Positions 29,804 to 44,442 of a stretch of 64,000 nt of DNA are shown here, in pieces. The DNA comes from Macrostomum lignano (lineage: Eukaryota). Position 1 is the stretch's first letter, and every line of letters starts with the position of its first letter. The translations under genes and the position numbers were made by a program. Location: NCBI GenBank assembly GCA_002269645.1, contig NIVC01000166.1:558001-622000 (forward strand), given 5' to 3'. The notes under the pieces are model-generated. The model was not told the DNA's origin, did no database searches, and saw only the letters and a program-made list of their open reading frames with translations.

Positions 29804-32800
29804 TACTAATAACAAGTAAATGGCTTATGCCTTAAAATTTGTTATTACTGCTCAAAATAGTTTGTAGATTAATTTCCCAGTGTCAAAAAATTTAATGAAT
29901 AAAACTTGACAATTACCAAGTTTTAGGGCCTAATGGTAAATATTATAACCATATATTATACATTTTTATGGGCCTATTATTAATGATTTAGTGTTTACAG
30001 ACTTATGCTAGCAGTTGTTAGGCCTAGCATTAGCAATTAGGGTCCACAAAGTTCAGCTGGTGGCTTACCTGGTTTTTTTCACCAGAGACAAGGTGCAAAT
30101 TTGCACTTTGTGTCAAATTTCAAGGTGTGATTTTAAGGCTCAAACTGCAATTTCTCTTATATAAGGCTATAGCTATAGGCTAAGGCTAAGGCTATGCAAG
30201 TTAAGGAGTTATTAACTTATTTCATTTCATATTTTAAGGTAGTGCATGAAAATTGGCTTAAGCATTGTTAAGCTTAAGCCTTTAAAGAAAAAATGGTTAT
30301 AAGACCACACCTAAATCGTACCTACTTTTTAATTTCAGGATGCAATTTTTAAATTAAATGTGCATATGCACACTCTATGCACAAAAAACCTAGTGGCTTA
30401 CTATCAAATGGTTAGGCAGCTAGTTATATGCCTACTAGAAAACAAGTAAGGCAAGAAATGTCTTGGAATCCCAGTCCCTCCTATCCTAGTGCCTTTAAAA
30501 AAACAAAGATCAATTGTAGGTTTAGGCTTTTGGCCATAGACATAGCCAATAGCTATTTTAAACTAGTGCCATAGACAAATACATGAAATTAATACATTGC
30601 CATATCATAAACTTATGTAAGTTTTAATATTTATCTACAGATTAATAATTGAGGAAATTGTTATTTCTTATAAAATTAAAATAATTCAACATGCAAAACT
30701 AGAAGATTGTCTATAGGCCCTATTTTGATAGGTAGAGACTCTAGTTAGTAGAGTTTTACTTTACTACAAACAATTTTTTCCTATATCATATATGCCATAT
30801 TTATATCTATAGCCATATCCCATAGCCTATCCATTCCACATCTCTATCATCATCACAATATACTAAATCTCTAAGATCTTTCTGTCTGTCTGACCAGTAT
30901 TCCAGTCCACAGCCTGAATGCCTGAACCGATTTTTTTCAAACTTGCTTCATTCAATTGCAAATTCTTGTGAGATTGTATAGGTGTAATTGCATTTAAAAA
31001 ATTAGAATGGGAAGATGGTTAAATAACAAAAAAAGAGTTTTATCTATGCTTCCAATGGGAGGCTAGAAAAGGTCAAAATCTCAACTAACTGAATAGCAAT
31101 TCCAATTAAGATTGCGCCACAACTTTTCTCTATTCACTGTGTAGGCCCCAATACTGGCTGTAGTGTGCAAGGGGGAGGAGAATGCTCAGTGGCTGCGTGT
31201 GTACATTCTGACCCTAGCTGATTGGTAGACTGCATAGAGAATTGCTATTTATAGATTTCACTCAACTATGCATTGGCTCTGCCTGCATACAACCTGTGCA
31301 CACTAAACAGCCTATCACTGCTATATATTTGACTGCAGTGCCAAAGCATATATAGCTGATTTTTGCACCTTCCAATCAGAAAGTGGAGTAGTCGCAGTGT
31401 AGGCACTAGGACTAGGTTTAGGCTAGGCATAAGGTCCAAGGTTCGACTCTGCCTCTTTGGTGGATGATTAAAATTAAATTAATTAATTCATTTATAGCTT
31501 CCCATCAACTAATTGGAATATTTTTGTTGAATTTGCAAGGCACACCTAATGAATAATTTTTGCCATATACAAAATTATTCAAATTCACTAAGCAAATTTA
31601 ATTTGTAAAAAACTGCTTCAAGCAATACTTATTGCATCAATGGGTATTGCCTACTAGCTCCATGAAAGTATAAAATTGCTAAGCTGCTAAATTTATAAGG
31701 CTGAATTGGGAAAAAACTGCCAATATATATCAAAAATTGATTAGTGGACTGTAATAAATGCTGAGAAAAAATTAAGATTCTTCAAAGGATCCTTTATTTC
31801 AGTTTGCTAAGTATACCGAAAAGCCCGCCAAGAGGAGAACTGCAGATTGCTGAGGGGAACTGCAGATTGGCAAAAGAATCATTCATGCAGACTGCAAAGG
31901 GGACAAACTGAAAACTGCTTAGGTAGTTCTTCCAGACTTATAAGGCTATAGCTGCAAATTGCTGAGGGGGACTGCTTGGAAGATTGGTAGACTTCTGAGC
32001 TGTTGTTTGCTGAGGGGACAGTTCTAGGCAGTTGCTAAGGAGATAAATGCTTAATAATTGTTATAAACTTCAAGGGGATAACTCCAAGCTGCTAAGATAA
32101 TGACTGCAGTCTGTTTTGTAAGATTAGAAGGGTTGTTGTGGGGATATCTTAGGAATTGCTAAGATGTAATAGCTTTTTGGGGCAATTTCTGAGATTTTAA
32201 GGCCCATGGAGCATTGTTGATATGCTATGTCTTACTGGAAGAATTGCTTGAATTGAGGTTTCAAAGGCTCATGAGGGGAAGTGTTGAGATTACAAGGCTG
32301 AAGGGGGGAAATGCTGCAATTGCTTTCTTTTGGGGGGGTGCTTGCTATTTAGGAATGAAGGTATTGCTTAACGCTGATTTGTGCAGACTGCCAATATGTA
32401 TCGAAAAGTAGTGAACCAATTAGTGAACTGTACTAAATTGTTAGCAAATTTTTATTGTAGAAAATATCATTGCAGTTTGCTAAGCAGGAGACTGAGAAGC
32501 TGGCCAACAGGAAAACTGCAGATTGTCAATAAGGATAATTCATGCAGACTGCAAAGGGGACAAACTGCTAAGGTAGTTTCTCTAGACATAAAGATCATAT
32601 CATCTGAACAATCATCATAGATATAAATATGTGAGATGTACAGACGGAGTTCCTCCAGACCATATTCAGAATGGCTAAATTGTTGAGATATCAAGGCTCA
32701 TTGGGGGTGGCTGAATTTTTGGGGGGAGGGGGTTAGGTTGTTGAGCAATTATCAGATCGTCAAGTAGTACGGCTCAAGTAGATCATTTAATTTGATAATG

Positions 32801-33829
32801 GAATAGTAAACAAAAATAATGCTTATTTCTGCTAATAGGAAATAAAGGAAATCAGGGATTGGCATATTGAGCTCCTACTGTGGACCAGAATATGCCCAAG
32901 CCAATGAAGATATGCACTAAGAGTTTGTGTTTAAAAGGATAAGCACTATTTGCTGATTGAAAAAGAGTTTTAGGCTGATGAAGGAAACATTTTAGGCTGG
33001 TAAAAGTTTTGATTCATGGTAATTTATTTTTGTCAGTAAGCGAAAAAAATGTAACTTTTGATTAAAAGAAATAGAAATTAATGGTTATTCTTGGGTCAAA
33101 ATAAAAACCACTTGATGTCAATTTTAAGGCCCCTAGTGGGGGGCTAAATGGCTAGTCATATACTAAAACTGATGTTTTATTTGTCTATGTATATATGTGT
33201 ATATGTTCAATAAGTCCTCCTAAGCTACTTGTAAGTCAATAGTAAAACTTATCTAGGAAAACTGCAAATTAACTAGAATAAAGCTTTATTTTTAGGCTAT
33301 TTAATCTTTCATTTTCACATTTTTTCTCTAAGATCTCTAAAAAAGTAGAAAACTGTTTTCTTAACCTTCTTTGGCCCTATTACTATGGCTACTCTGCTTA
33401 TCCAATAAAGGGGTTATAGTATGTTTGTAAAAAAGCCACCCCAACCTCCACCCATGGGTTGCTGTGTATTGGAGGGTGAGTGAACATATTCCACGTTCAA
33501 GGCAAATAACTTTAGCTCTCATGTTGGGGGCAAAATTAAATTTAATGATTCTTCTAGAACAAAGAGAGGGTTGGGCTTGGGCTAGGTATACATATAGTAG
33601 CAATTGTATATACAGTGTAAACAGATAAATAGGACTGTCTTGAGATTCAATTGGTTTTATTATCGGTACCTTTCAATAGGCAGGCTTGTGTATTAGCTAG
33701 GCAGTGAAACTCCCTATTGCAGTACATAGATTAGGTGTGTCAGACGCCTACCCTAATTGTGCCACAGTGGCACCCAAGGAAGGATGATGGACAGACCAGG
33801 GGGGGGGAGTGGGGCTCCTACTGCTTTGC

Positions 33830-34100
33830 CACGCCATGCTGCATGCTTGATTAAGGGCTGATTAAGTGTTCCTGTTGCCTCCCACTGCTTTGCCATGTTG
33901 CACTGCGCCTGCCACTGCTTTGTCATGCCGCATAGCATCTCTTGCTGCTTTGCCATGCCACACTGCACCTCCTACCACTTTGCCATGCCATGTTGCCTCC
34001 TGCTGCTTTGCCATGCTGCGCCATGCCTTCCACTGCTATGCCACGCCATGCCGCACTTCCTGGCAGTCAGCACCTCCTACTGCTTTGCCATGCTACGCCG
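33830..34100. repeat. Degenerate ~30-bp tandem repeat (CTGCTTTGCCATGCCGCACTGCACCTCC-like)
   Basis: Recurrent CTGCTTTGCCATG core. Confidence 0.8.
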
Positions 34101-35039
34101 TACCATTTAAAGATTTTTTAAAAACTGATTTCAGAGATATAAATTGTTTCCTTTAAATGTGAAAACAGATAGCAAAACAGACAAAAAATTCTACATACTT
34201 TCAAATTTCTGCACAGATTGTACTTATTTTTGCAATAGGTCAAATATAAAGTAAAATGATTCAATTTTTAACTGCCATTGTGCATTAGAAGGGGTGGGTC
34301 ACTTTGTATTGGAGGGTTGACTTAGATTTCAGGACTATATTTTTAAAGTTATATTGAACTGAGACTAATACTTACTGACTAAAAAATCAATTGAGCCGTC
34401 TATTATTCAATTAGTTTTATTATTGGCATCTTTCTATAGGCAGCTCTATGTTATCTTGGTAGTAAACTTCAATGAATACATTTTTGAGCCTTTTTAGCAT
34501 GTAGTTAATGTATACTCACTACTTCAATGCTTTAAATTGGGAATTTTCAAATGTAAACTGTTCCCTGAAATTTAAACTTGGAAAGAAGACTTAAATTGCT
34601 GGAGAGAGCTTGCAACACTAAGTTTGGGGATATAAGTTTCTTGCTTTAAACATGAAAATAGAAAGCACAACATTCAAGAAAAAATCTTTCTTTTAACTTT
34701 TTGACATGTTCTGCGTACAATGCAAATGAACCCCCTCTTATGTTGGGGGTAGCAGCGATAGGGCTTAGTATACACAGTGAATGACCAGTAGAGAGGCTAT
34801 AGATAGCAATTAAATGAAGAATGATAAAATTTTAACCCTAACCCTAACCACTGATGCCTCTAACTTGAATATTTTAAGTATGGATTGCTTCTTTTGGATC
34901 CCAATTTAACAGTTTTGATGGATTGCAATTTCATGTAGATGTTGGGTTATTAAAGATGTCTAGATGTTGGGTATGATTAAATTGGTAAGTTGCAGCTTGA
35001 CAGAGATAATATTGGTAGATTGCCATTGAACAGAGTGAA

Positions 35040-35600
35040 TTTTTATAGAATTCAGTTTCATCAAAAGAATTTGATGAAGTTCTGTTTTACAGAGAGGATT
35101 TTGATGGCTTTCAGTTTCACAAAGAGGATTTTTATGGATTTCTGTTTCACAAAGAGGATTTTGATAGATTTCTATTTCACAAAGAGGATTTTAATAGATT
35201 TCTATTTCACGGAAAGGCTTTTGATGAATGTCTGACAGAGATGATTGCAATGCATTTCTGTTCTATGGAGAGGATTTTAATAGAGTTCTATTTTGTAAAA
35301 AGGATTTTGATAGAGTCCTGTTTCACAAAAAGGATTTTAATAGAGTCCTGCTTCACAATGAGGATTTTGATAGAGTCTTGTTTCACAAAGTGGATTGTGA
35401 TAGATTTCTGTCTCATAGATATTTTGATTAATATCTTTCATGGAGATGCTTTTGATGGTATTCTGTTTAACAAAGAGGCTTTTGATAGAGTTTTGTTCAA
35501 TGGAAAAGACTTTGAAGTATTTCTGTTTCATGGAAATGATATTAATGAAGTCCAGTTTTATGGAGAGGATTTTGATAGATTTGAGAAGATTAGGATAATG
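35040..35600. repeat. Degenerate 30-bp minisatellite (TTTCACAAAGAGGATTTTGATAGATTTCTG)n
   Basis: Periodic GAGGATTTT.ATAGA cores. Confidence 0.85.
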
Positions 35601-38600
35601 GCTGGATCATGGGATTCAACTGATAGATTTCAGGGAATCAGGGAAAAAACTCACTTTTCCAATGTAAGTCATATAATTAAAAATTTTAATAGATATTTTA
35701 TAAATTTTTATTGCAATTTTCCCTAATTTTTGTTATGGAGAAGTTTTTACAAAGAATAAATAGATACATATATGGTTATAAAAACATATATTCCCCATTT
35801 TTATTTCTTTTATCTAGGCTTCTTAATGACTTAGAAGACTATTATGTAGTGAGCCATTAGTTTAATGTTAGGCATTGCACTACTTTTAGCAATTTCCCTT
35901 GCCTTTGCCTTAGGTTACTATCTGCTGCTAAGCAGCCTCCCTCCTTTTGCCTGCTTATTCTCTTTTTCCCTCTCTTTTTCTACATTCTTGTTTATAGCCA
36001 CAGGCATCTCTGCTATGGTCTGCTCTTTGTTTCACTCTAGTTTTAAGGTCATGGTTGGTGGCCTGTTTTCTCTTGTTATATAAGCAAGTCATATGACAAG
36101 CCATGTTTTCATGGAGTCCAAAAGTGTAATAAACATGTCTACTGCACTCACTGGCCTATGTTTATAGAGAAATCACCTGTCCCAGGACCCCAGCCTTCTC
36201 TAAGGCAGGAGGCAATATCAGTTCTAAAAATAGATATTATGTCATATGGTCTGATGAATACTGTCCAAGGACCTTTGTCTTCTATAAAGCTCAAGTTGAC
36301 AGTCATGCAGTCTTGTGCACAATGGCGCAATGGGGATTCTTAGCCTATATAAGTATGGACCCCTCTCACCCTTGTTTCTATCAAAGGTTTTTGTTTTCGT
36401 TTTAGGTCTAATTCCTTGACTTCATTTCTTTTGCTATCCTGTTTTGGATTTTCTCAACATTTGTTTAAAGCCATCTATAATTGGCCTGACTGAACTTAGA
36501 TGCCCAAGCCTAAAGGAGGCTAATACTGCCTTCCCAACCACCTACTAAGCCTGGTGGGATCTGTTGACCAGATGCCTTGTTTGTTAATCTGCAAATCTGC
36601 ATGTAGTGCCAGTTTATTAACTTGTTTATTTCATCCCAACAGAAGCTCATCCCACTGAAGGCTAAGACCTAGCAGACTATTGGCAGCAACTAACTTTGCT
36701 ACTAGAAGGCTTCCAATCAGATAGAACAGAGAGCCATTTATACTGTGCTAGTGCAGCCAAATAGCACAAGTACAATGTTGTTAGTATACGCGTTTTCTCT
36801 GGGGCCTTTGAATTTGTGTTCTCACTTTCCTAAGATAGATGTCTAGCGGTCTAAGGTTCTTACAGCTCTAATCTCTCCAATCAGGCCATCAGAGAAAACC
36901 GTATAAACTGATGGGATCTCCTAGTATCTAAGCTGAGTTTGACTCTTTCTCGGATATGCTCTGCATAACAATTAAGACAAATAACTGTATTGAAGACTTA
37001 GATTTGTGCCAACTGGATAATCTAGAAACTAATTCAAAGGGAGCAATTTGAGATCAAAAACTGCGCAAGAAAAATGAAGCGCCGCTCCAGTTTGAGATGA
37101 GTGTCTATTTATGTCAATTAGCATTTTTGGCCTCCCCTGCCGCCAGTGGGGTGTCTTTGCAATTAGCAATGGCAGGGGATTTTGAGCAATAACAATCTGG
37201 GACACAGTCCCCTAGTTGTACATTAATTTAGTTAGTTCTAGTAGGTTGCTAAGTGTGAGGGTTAGAGATTATTCGGGCTTTCACAAATCTATGTGTTGAG
37301 TTGGATAAAATTTGGGATAGAAAGATTATAGAAAAAGTACTTAGTTTTCCATCTCTTGACTTTGTCCATAGATGATTAAACAGTCTTCTTTCTCTCTTGG
37401 TTGCCAAGCTGTTTGGGGTTGATCTCGCCTTCTTGTGCAGCTTCGGGTTGAATAGGAGTCTGTAGGTGGGCCTCACATTTTCTCTCTCAGGGTGCACCAG
37501 AGCCTGCCGCATGCCGCGTTGTTCTCTAAGTCAGGCCATTGCTCAGTTTGCTTCTCCCAGCCGGTTTGAGCACCATTGTGCCTGCGGCAGGGTGTTGCTG
37601 CTAACTGGAATGGAAAGGGGCTTTATTAGATTCAGCTATTCAAATTGACTTGACAGTTGATTAATTATCTTAAAGCTGCTTCTGTTTGCCCTTCTAATAG
37701 CTATCTAGGGGTTCCATTGTGCTCTTCTGCCTTGCCCTTCACTGCACCTAGGCATTTCATAAATTTCTACCTATCTTCTAACTTAGGGTCAAAACTTCAG
37801 ATTTCTAACTCTTATAGTTAGGATTCTAAAGACCTACCAAACTATACCAAGACAACTGTCAGTAGAAATCAGATAGAGTTGCTTGCTTTGCAAATAATAT
37901 GAATAAAAAACCAACAATCAACATTAGTAAGTCAAATGCATTTTGAACTATATGGTGCATCTTAAGATTTATTTTGTTAGAACAAAAAACCAAGGCTAAT
38001 GATAAAAATATTTGATGAGTAATTATTCTATATAGTAAATTTGTCTGAAGATCAATAGGCAGGTCAGGGATAGAAATTTTGGCAGAGCAGTGCAGTCCAT
38101 AGTTGGTGTTCTCTCTCAAAACCTAAAAAACACAAAAATCACTAAAGTATTTTGTCAGTACTTTAGTGGTAGCAGTGGTGGGATACTGAAGACTTACTAA
38201 ACTATCCCAAGGCAACCAAAAGTACTTCAAGTAGAGCCATTGATTTGATAGGTCAGGGTGGAGCAATAGAACATTTTAGAATTGGATAAATATTGCTAGT
38301 TGCAAAGCTTTTGTGAGGTAGGCTTATTAAGTCCTTGGCTATTAAGGATTTTAGTAACTTTTAGCAACAAATAAAAATACATACATTATAAGTGTCCAAG
38401 GGGCTATTCTTCTGTCCTTTAAAATAGTCTCACAGCTATCACAAAGTTGTTACAGGGTAAAATCTTCTATTTTCTTAGAATTAGTATGTGAACTATTCTT
38501 AATATATATCTAAGTAATTGTCTAAGTATATATCTGAGCATTAGTCTGAGTATTGCTCTTAGTACAACGACAAGTCTGGGTATAGTTCTAAGTATTTCCT

Positions 38601-39371
38601 ATTTCTTATTGGTAGTATTATCATTCTGTTAGTAGCATTCTTACTAGTTCTGGAAGCATTATATGTAAAGCTGGCCTGAGTGGCATATTACTGTTATTAC
38701 TACTGGTATATGTTCTGCATGTATTACTTCTAGTCCTGGGCATTCCTAAGATTAGAGGGTCATGGCCTCTGTATTCTATATATACTGTATTATTGATCTA
38801 CATCATTTCCTTCTCTTTATATGTTCTACTTATCAGTAGTATATACAGCACACAATTTCCTTCTACTTCACTCTGTCATGAGATGGATCAAATTGGAAAA
38901 CACTTCTTTAGATATTTCCTAACTCACTGAACACTTCTTCAATTGCAATGCTAATTCGAAGTCAAGCCAAACTTAAAATGGTTGGGCTCTCTTGCCAAAA
39001 ATGCATCTATTTAAACTAATTTTTTTACTTTATTAAAACAATAATTAGATTGTGAAAATTTTGGGAAATATGCACAGTATAACAAATCGCTTTCTTAGCA
39101 ATCACATGGATTCAAAAATAATATACATTTAATAGAAAAGAAAAATGGGAGCTCTATACATAAGCTAAAAATAAACTTTTTAAACTATATTATGAATTTA
39201 TGAACTTTTCTATAGTTTTTTTGCTAGTTTACTAAACTTGTACCAAATAATTATATCTTATACAACTATTGTGTATTTATAATAAATATTTTTTAAGTTC
39301 TTATAATTAATACTTATAAGTTTAACAAATCCGTGTGCTATCTTTCATGTGTAAATTTATTGTCTAAAGAT

Positions 39372-40899
39372 ATGTCACTATCTGATGCAATAAAAAACAG
39401 CTGCTTGGACTCCATGGTCAGGCTAATTGGTCCTTACACTCTAGTAACAGAGTTGAGCAATGATGGTCATTGGCATATCTATTTGTCAAACGGTGACAGT
39501 GTTCTGTATGCTGATCTTGGCAATAATGAGATTGACGATCTACAGACACGACTGGGTCTAACCAATCGACAAGGTGTTGTCAATCTAATTGGGTATGAAA
39601 ATGCTTGGCACTATAATTTCATTTTATATAATTACTTTGCTTAGGGCTTAAAGACTACTAAAGTGTACAGACCAATTTCAAACTTATGATTGAGACACTG
39701 ATCTTAAAGATTTAGACCCTGATGATCCTAGAAATTAAAACACTGGTCAAGAAGATTGAGACCCTGATCTCGAAGATTGTGACCCTGATCTCGAAGATTG
39801 CGACCCTGATCTCGAAGATTGCGAACCTGATCCTAGATTGAGACCCTGATCTCGAAGATTGCGAACCTGATCCTAGATTGAGACCCTGATCTCGAAGATT
39901 GAGACCCTGAATCCGAGAAATCAAAACCATGATTCCAAAGATTGAGACTGACCTCGAAGATTGAGACCCTGATCTTAAAGATTGAGACTGACCTCGAAGA
40001 TTGAGACCCTGATCTTGAAGATTGAGACTGACCTCGAAGATTGAGACCCTGATCTTGAAGATTGAGCCTGACCTCGAAGATTGAGACCCTGATCTTGAAG
40101 ATTGAGACTGACCTCGAAGATTGAGACCCTGATCTCGAAGATTGCGACCCTGATCTCGAAGATTGCGACCCTGATCTCGAAGATTGCGACCCTGATCTCG
40201 AAGATTGCGACCCTGATCCCAAAGATTGAGACCCTGATCCCAAAGATTGAGACCCTGATCCGAGAAACTAAAACCCTGATTTTAAAGATTGAGACACCAA
40301 TACTAAAGATAAGAACCAGGTCTGCAGTAGCCCTGGTCCCGAAGATCTACTTTAATAGTGTATCGAAATCTGAGAAATCTACATTATTCGACATTCAACA
40401 CAGGGCCTGTCTCCGCGAACTTCAACAACCGCCTACCACGCCGGGCGCCCCGCTGACTCTGCAGCTGCCGGTCGCTGGCGTTCAAATCAGCCTCAACCCC
40501 CCAGCCGACCAAGCCGCTTATCGTCGCCGCTTGTTCTGCCTGCTGTCCAGTCGCACCCATGACCTCTCAGCCAGGCTGGATGCCAGCAGGCGAGATTTGG
40601 AGGCCGCCCGATCTGGCGGCGGCGCCTCTACGGCTGTCAGCTTAGCTAAACAGCTCGGCGCCGCCGCTGCTGGTGGTGCCGGTGGCGCTGGTGGTAGGCG
40701 CGCCGTTCGAACCGCCCTGCCTGGGATGAGTCTGCTCAATCCGATGCAGCGGAAGCGTCCAGCCGCCAGAGGAGTGGTGCTCAACCACGTTGATGACGAA
40801 GACGAAGACGACGACGACGAAGAAGAAGCAAAAGAAAAGAAGAAAGGAGACGATAAGAAGGATAATGCAGCGTCAAAAGGGAAACAGCGCAGGAGTTGA
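39372..40899 (+). CDS. PAXX: PAXX-like (XRCC4/XLF paralog) NHEJ factor, 2 exons, 238 aa
   Basis: Exons 39372-39592 and 40404-40899 (GG|G, in phase, 717 nt). Head GHWHIYLSNGDSVLY..EIDDLQTRLGL parallels human GGFNLYVTDAAELW..SLAALKARFGL. Coiled coil THDLSARLDAS. Ku-binding-like LPGMSLLNPMQRKRPAARGV parallels CPGESLINPGFKSKKPAGGV. Human sequence recalled from memory. Confidence 0.8.
39700..40310. repeat. ~21-bp minisatellite (GATTGAGACCCTGATCTCGAA)n filling the PAXX intron
   Basis: Tandem units with 18/21-nt variants. Confidence 0.93.
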
Positions 40900-43406
40900 T
40901 TTTATCGTTCAGTTCTTAAAAATAAACTTGCTAAATTCATCAGCAGGCGTCTGATCTATGCAGTCCGCGATTAGTGTTTTTATAAATTAATTTCCCAGCT
41001 CTGTCTACTACAGTAGCTACTTCATAATTCATTGGAAGTAGTATAGTTTGTTTTATTTTTTTAGTTTTATCCAGAATCAATTCGCATGCTATACGTGTTT
41101 TTATGTAACTCATCAATGTTGTCAACGTTTTAGTATGCTTATAAAATTCAGTGAATGCTCTGCTGCTATTGAAAATTCACAATCAAGCAGATGGTCTAAA
41201 GCAACTATTTATTTTTTTTAAAACTTTCTTACTCCTATAATTGTACTTAATTATATTTAAAAGTAATTCGATTCAGTGAATGCATTTCTATAAGTACATT
41301 GCACTTAATGCATATGAACTTTTGCGCTGCTTGTTTTTAAGTACAATATATTCAGAATGACGGATGCTAGTGTTTTGATGTTTATGCATCGTCGCATCGT
41401 TAAAATTTCTGATGGAAAGGCTATAAATTTTTTGCTTCTCTTTTCTGCGTTCTGATTACTAAATTGCTCTCGTATGTAAATTCTCTTATTTCAGTCGGTT
41501 GTTTGTTACTACTTGCAAATATTCATACATGTGGGATATGTAATCATCAGCGAAAATCGCTAATTCGCGAGAGCTTTCAAAACCTAATGACTAAAATGGT
41601 ACATAAAATTTCAACTACTTTTAAATTAAAAGAGAATAGAACATTAAGAGTCACATGTTGGGTACAAAAAACTACGCTTCTTGAGTTTGACAGCCGGTTT
41701 TCGTCAAATATCTGGCTTTTACCAACAATACAATCTTCGTCGAAATGAACGTCGAGCCAAGCGATCTATAGTTAGGATAGTGTCGAGTAATAAAGATGTG
41801 AATGTCAGATCTTCGAACAGCAAGTTCGAAGCTCTGTTTCGTATGTGCAATTTTGTGATTTATGAAGGTTACCTCAAAGAGCGAAATTTAGACAGCAAAA
41901 CCAAGTCTCAGAACGTTGGTAGTTCATCTCAGCTCTGGAAATATTTCTATGATTTGTAAGCAAGTTGTTCTTGATTGTTGTTCGATTTTCGGATGTATTT
42001 CTTACATCCCCATTTCAAGTATGACAACGATAGCGTCACGTTGGCTCTACTAGGCCTACTATTTAATTTAATTTGATTTAATTCTTTGCTTAATGATCAT
42101 GCAACGTCGAATAGGCGACGTGACGGATGTGTTATTGTTGCAGCATTTGCATTCCTTCATATTATCGCTCGGTGCAGTCCAGTTAATAAGTTCTTAGCCT
42201 CTTAGTCTTAGGCATAGACAATGCTCTAAGGCACATTTAAATAAAATAGTACTATATTTATTCAAGGGACGGCCGCATGGGCAGGAAAGGTCTTTTAATT
42301 AAAGTGACAAAATAATTAAAATTTTGGGTGTAAGTAGAGTCTAAGCAGATGCTTTTACAGAAATACAAACGATCACAGGAAAAAAAATTTGTACCCAGTT
42401 TGTCTGAAAGCTAGGCCTAGGCCTAACTTCATTTTCTTTTCATACTAGAGAGAGACTCTAGATCAAGATTAGAAGTTCAAGAAAATGAAAGAACAAGGAA
42501 CTAAAGTAAAAATAAAAATAATGTTAGGCCCCTAATAAATATATTAACTAGGGTCTAGGGCCTATATTTATTGAATAATATAACCAATTAATTTAAAAAT
42601 ATGATGACCTAAGAATAAGGCTAGGCCCTTTCAAGGCTTCAACTTCAACAAGTATAGTAGGCCTAGGTATAGGCCTAAGCCTAAGGGCATAAAGCTTAGG
42701 CTAGGCCTAAACTTCAAGTCAAATTAAAAACTAAAATCACATAATTTAATTTATTTTAATTTTTGGGCTTGCTTTTATAGACTTCAATGTCTGGTTGACA
42801 TGGTTATTAATGATGTTGACATTGTCTAAATGACAAAGATAATTAGGGCATATGAATAGGCCTATCATATCATCTTTATTAGTTTATAGAGGCCTATCCT
42901 AGGCCTAGGGCTAGACCTAATTAAAATTAAATTTCTTTTTGTATACATAGGGTCATTGGATCCTAGTCAAATTATCAACTGGCATTTTGTCAACTAAGAA
43001 GCCATTTCCCTTAGGCCTTAGCCCTTAGGTCACTTTGTCAACCTGCAAATCAATAGACCTCTAAACATTGTAATTTTGTCAATTTCTAATTGTGACACTT
43101 AAAAATGGTAGTCACTATCACTTTCTCAATTAGGCCTATGGTTATATATATATATAATCATATAACAATACTACTTATAGATGTCTACAAATATTGCATT
43201 GCATGTCATATATGCAATGCAATATTTTGTATAATATAATAATAGGCAATTTTTTTTCTGTTCGTTAAATTATTTTTTCAATGGAAATGTTTTGGGAACA
43301 TTGTGAAACACTCAAAAATGATGTAACTGAATAGAACAGAACAGAACAAGTGTAGTGTTGATTAGTGTTCACTCAGCACTCAGCACTCTGGTCTCTGCAG
43401 TGGTAT

Positions 43407-44374
43407 TTACACGACGTAGTAATGAGCAATCCAGTAGAGCATGTTGCCAAAGGTGTTGGTGGGATGCATTTTGTGCCACATGAATTCTTCCAGGTAGGAC
43501 TCAAACAGAGAGCCTTACTAGTACTATGCATGGCACAAAATTTGGCCTTGCAGTGTGCCTACGTCCCCTCAATGAGGTTTGTGTGCACCATTAGGTCCTG
43601 AGGATTAACAAACGCCAGCTGGTGGTTCACGACTTGGTGGTTCACACCTGCAGCCTGAAGCTGGGCATAAGCTTGCAATCCGTCCGTTATGACACGAGTT
43701 CTAGGAAAGACGTGGCGTTGGATGAGCGGCAAGAGGATGGCAGCATTGCGTTGCGCAACTGGCACGAGTACACACTTCCTGGCCCCACGCTCTATCATGC
43801 CGAGCACCCACTAACCGTCACAGTGAGCTCTTTGGTGGAACTTGCAGTAGAAAAAGTATGATTCGTCTATTTCCACTTCGCAGCCAGGGCCACCAAGCTC
43901 AATGGGATGGTCCATGATTAATTGGGCACAGATATCACAAATGAAGTTTTGCCAATCAACAATTGCGTTGTGGCCAATGTTGCTCTGGCATTGGCATTCA
44001 CCTTGCTTCGCATCGGTTGCCCACCACCAGATTAGGTCCAGCAGCTGCGTCAGTGTCAGGTGGCTGCCCTCAAAAAATGATCCCTTCCTCATTGACACTT
44101 GAGCATGACACCCAACACACACCCACACAAGCCCATCAATGTAGCAGTCACCTGTATGCCATTGCAGCCACATTGCTAGTGCTCCAGGACAGGCTACACA
44201 AAAATGTCTGTTGGCCAGCAGGTGGTATAATACCATCCAGTTGACAACATCTCGGGGTGTGGCCATGATGGCCCCTAGCTCTTGCATGGTAAAATTGATG
44301 TTTGTCAACTCCATTGCTAGTTGCACTTGAGCAGGGGGCACAATAAACGTTGGTGCAACAGGGCATCCAGCCAT
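43407..44374 (-). pseudogene. Merlin transposase (DDE_Tnp_IS1595-like) with two in-frame stops and a frameshift
   Basis: Zn-ribbon CVAC...WVCVGC, RKGSFFEGSHL, LGGPGCEVEIDES, WVLGMIER, VITDGLQAY, VNH..FVNP..VHTNLIEG, EEFMWH. Confidence 0.88.
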
Positions 44375-44442
44375 GTTGTTCAAGATATGATGATCAGGCT
44401 GAAAAGTTACATCATTTTTGAGTGTTTCACAATGTTCCCAAT

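Noticed and set aside
31380-31450. tRNA-like A/B boxes (also near 3990-4030)
   Set aside because: No cloverleaf; at most degenerate SINE heads
34836-34850. Telomere-like ACCCTAACCCTAACC
   Set aside because: Only about two units, expected by chance
35040-35726. 10-aa periodic ORFs resembling a repeat protein
   Set aside because: Several frames are open on both strands, consistent with a 30-bp minisatellite; no splice or domain support
35750-37650. Possible decayed LTR-retrotransposon gag (HCAQDC knuckle-like remnant)
   Set aside because: Too many stops; no pol motifs or LTRs recognised
40102-40403. N-terminal extension of the 265-aa ORF (SKIATLI repeats)
   Set aside because: Intronic minisatellite read in frame with PAXX exon 2; the real upstream exon is 39372-39592
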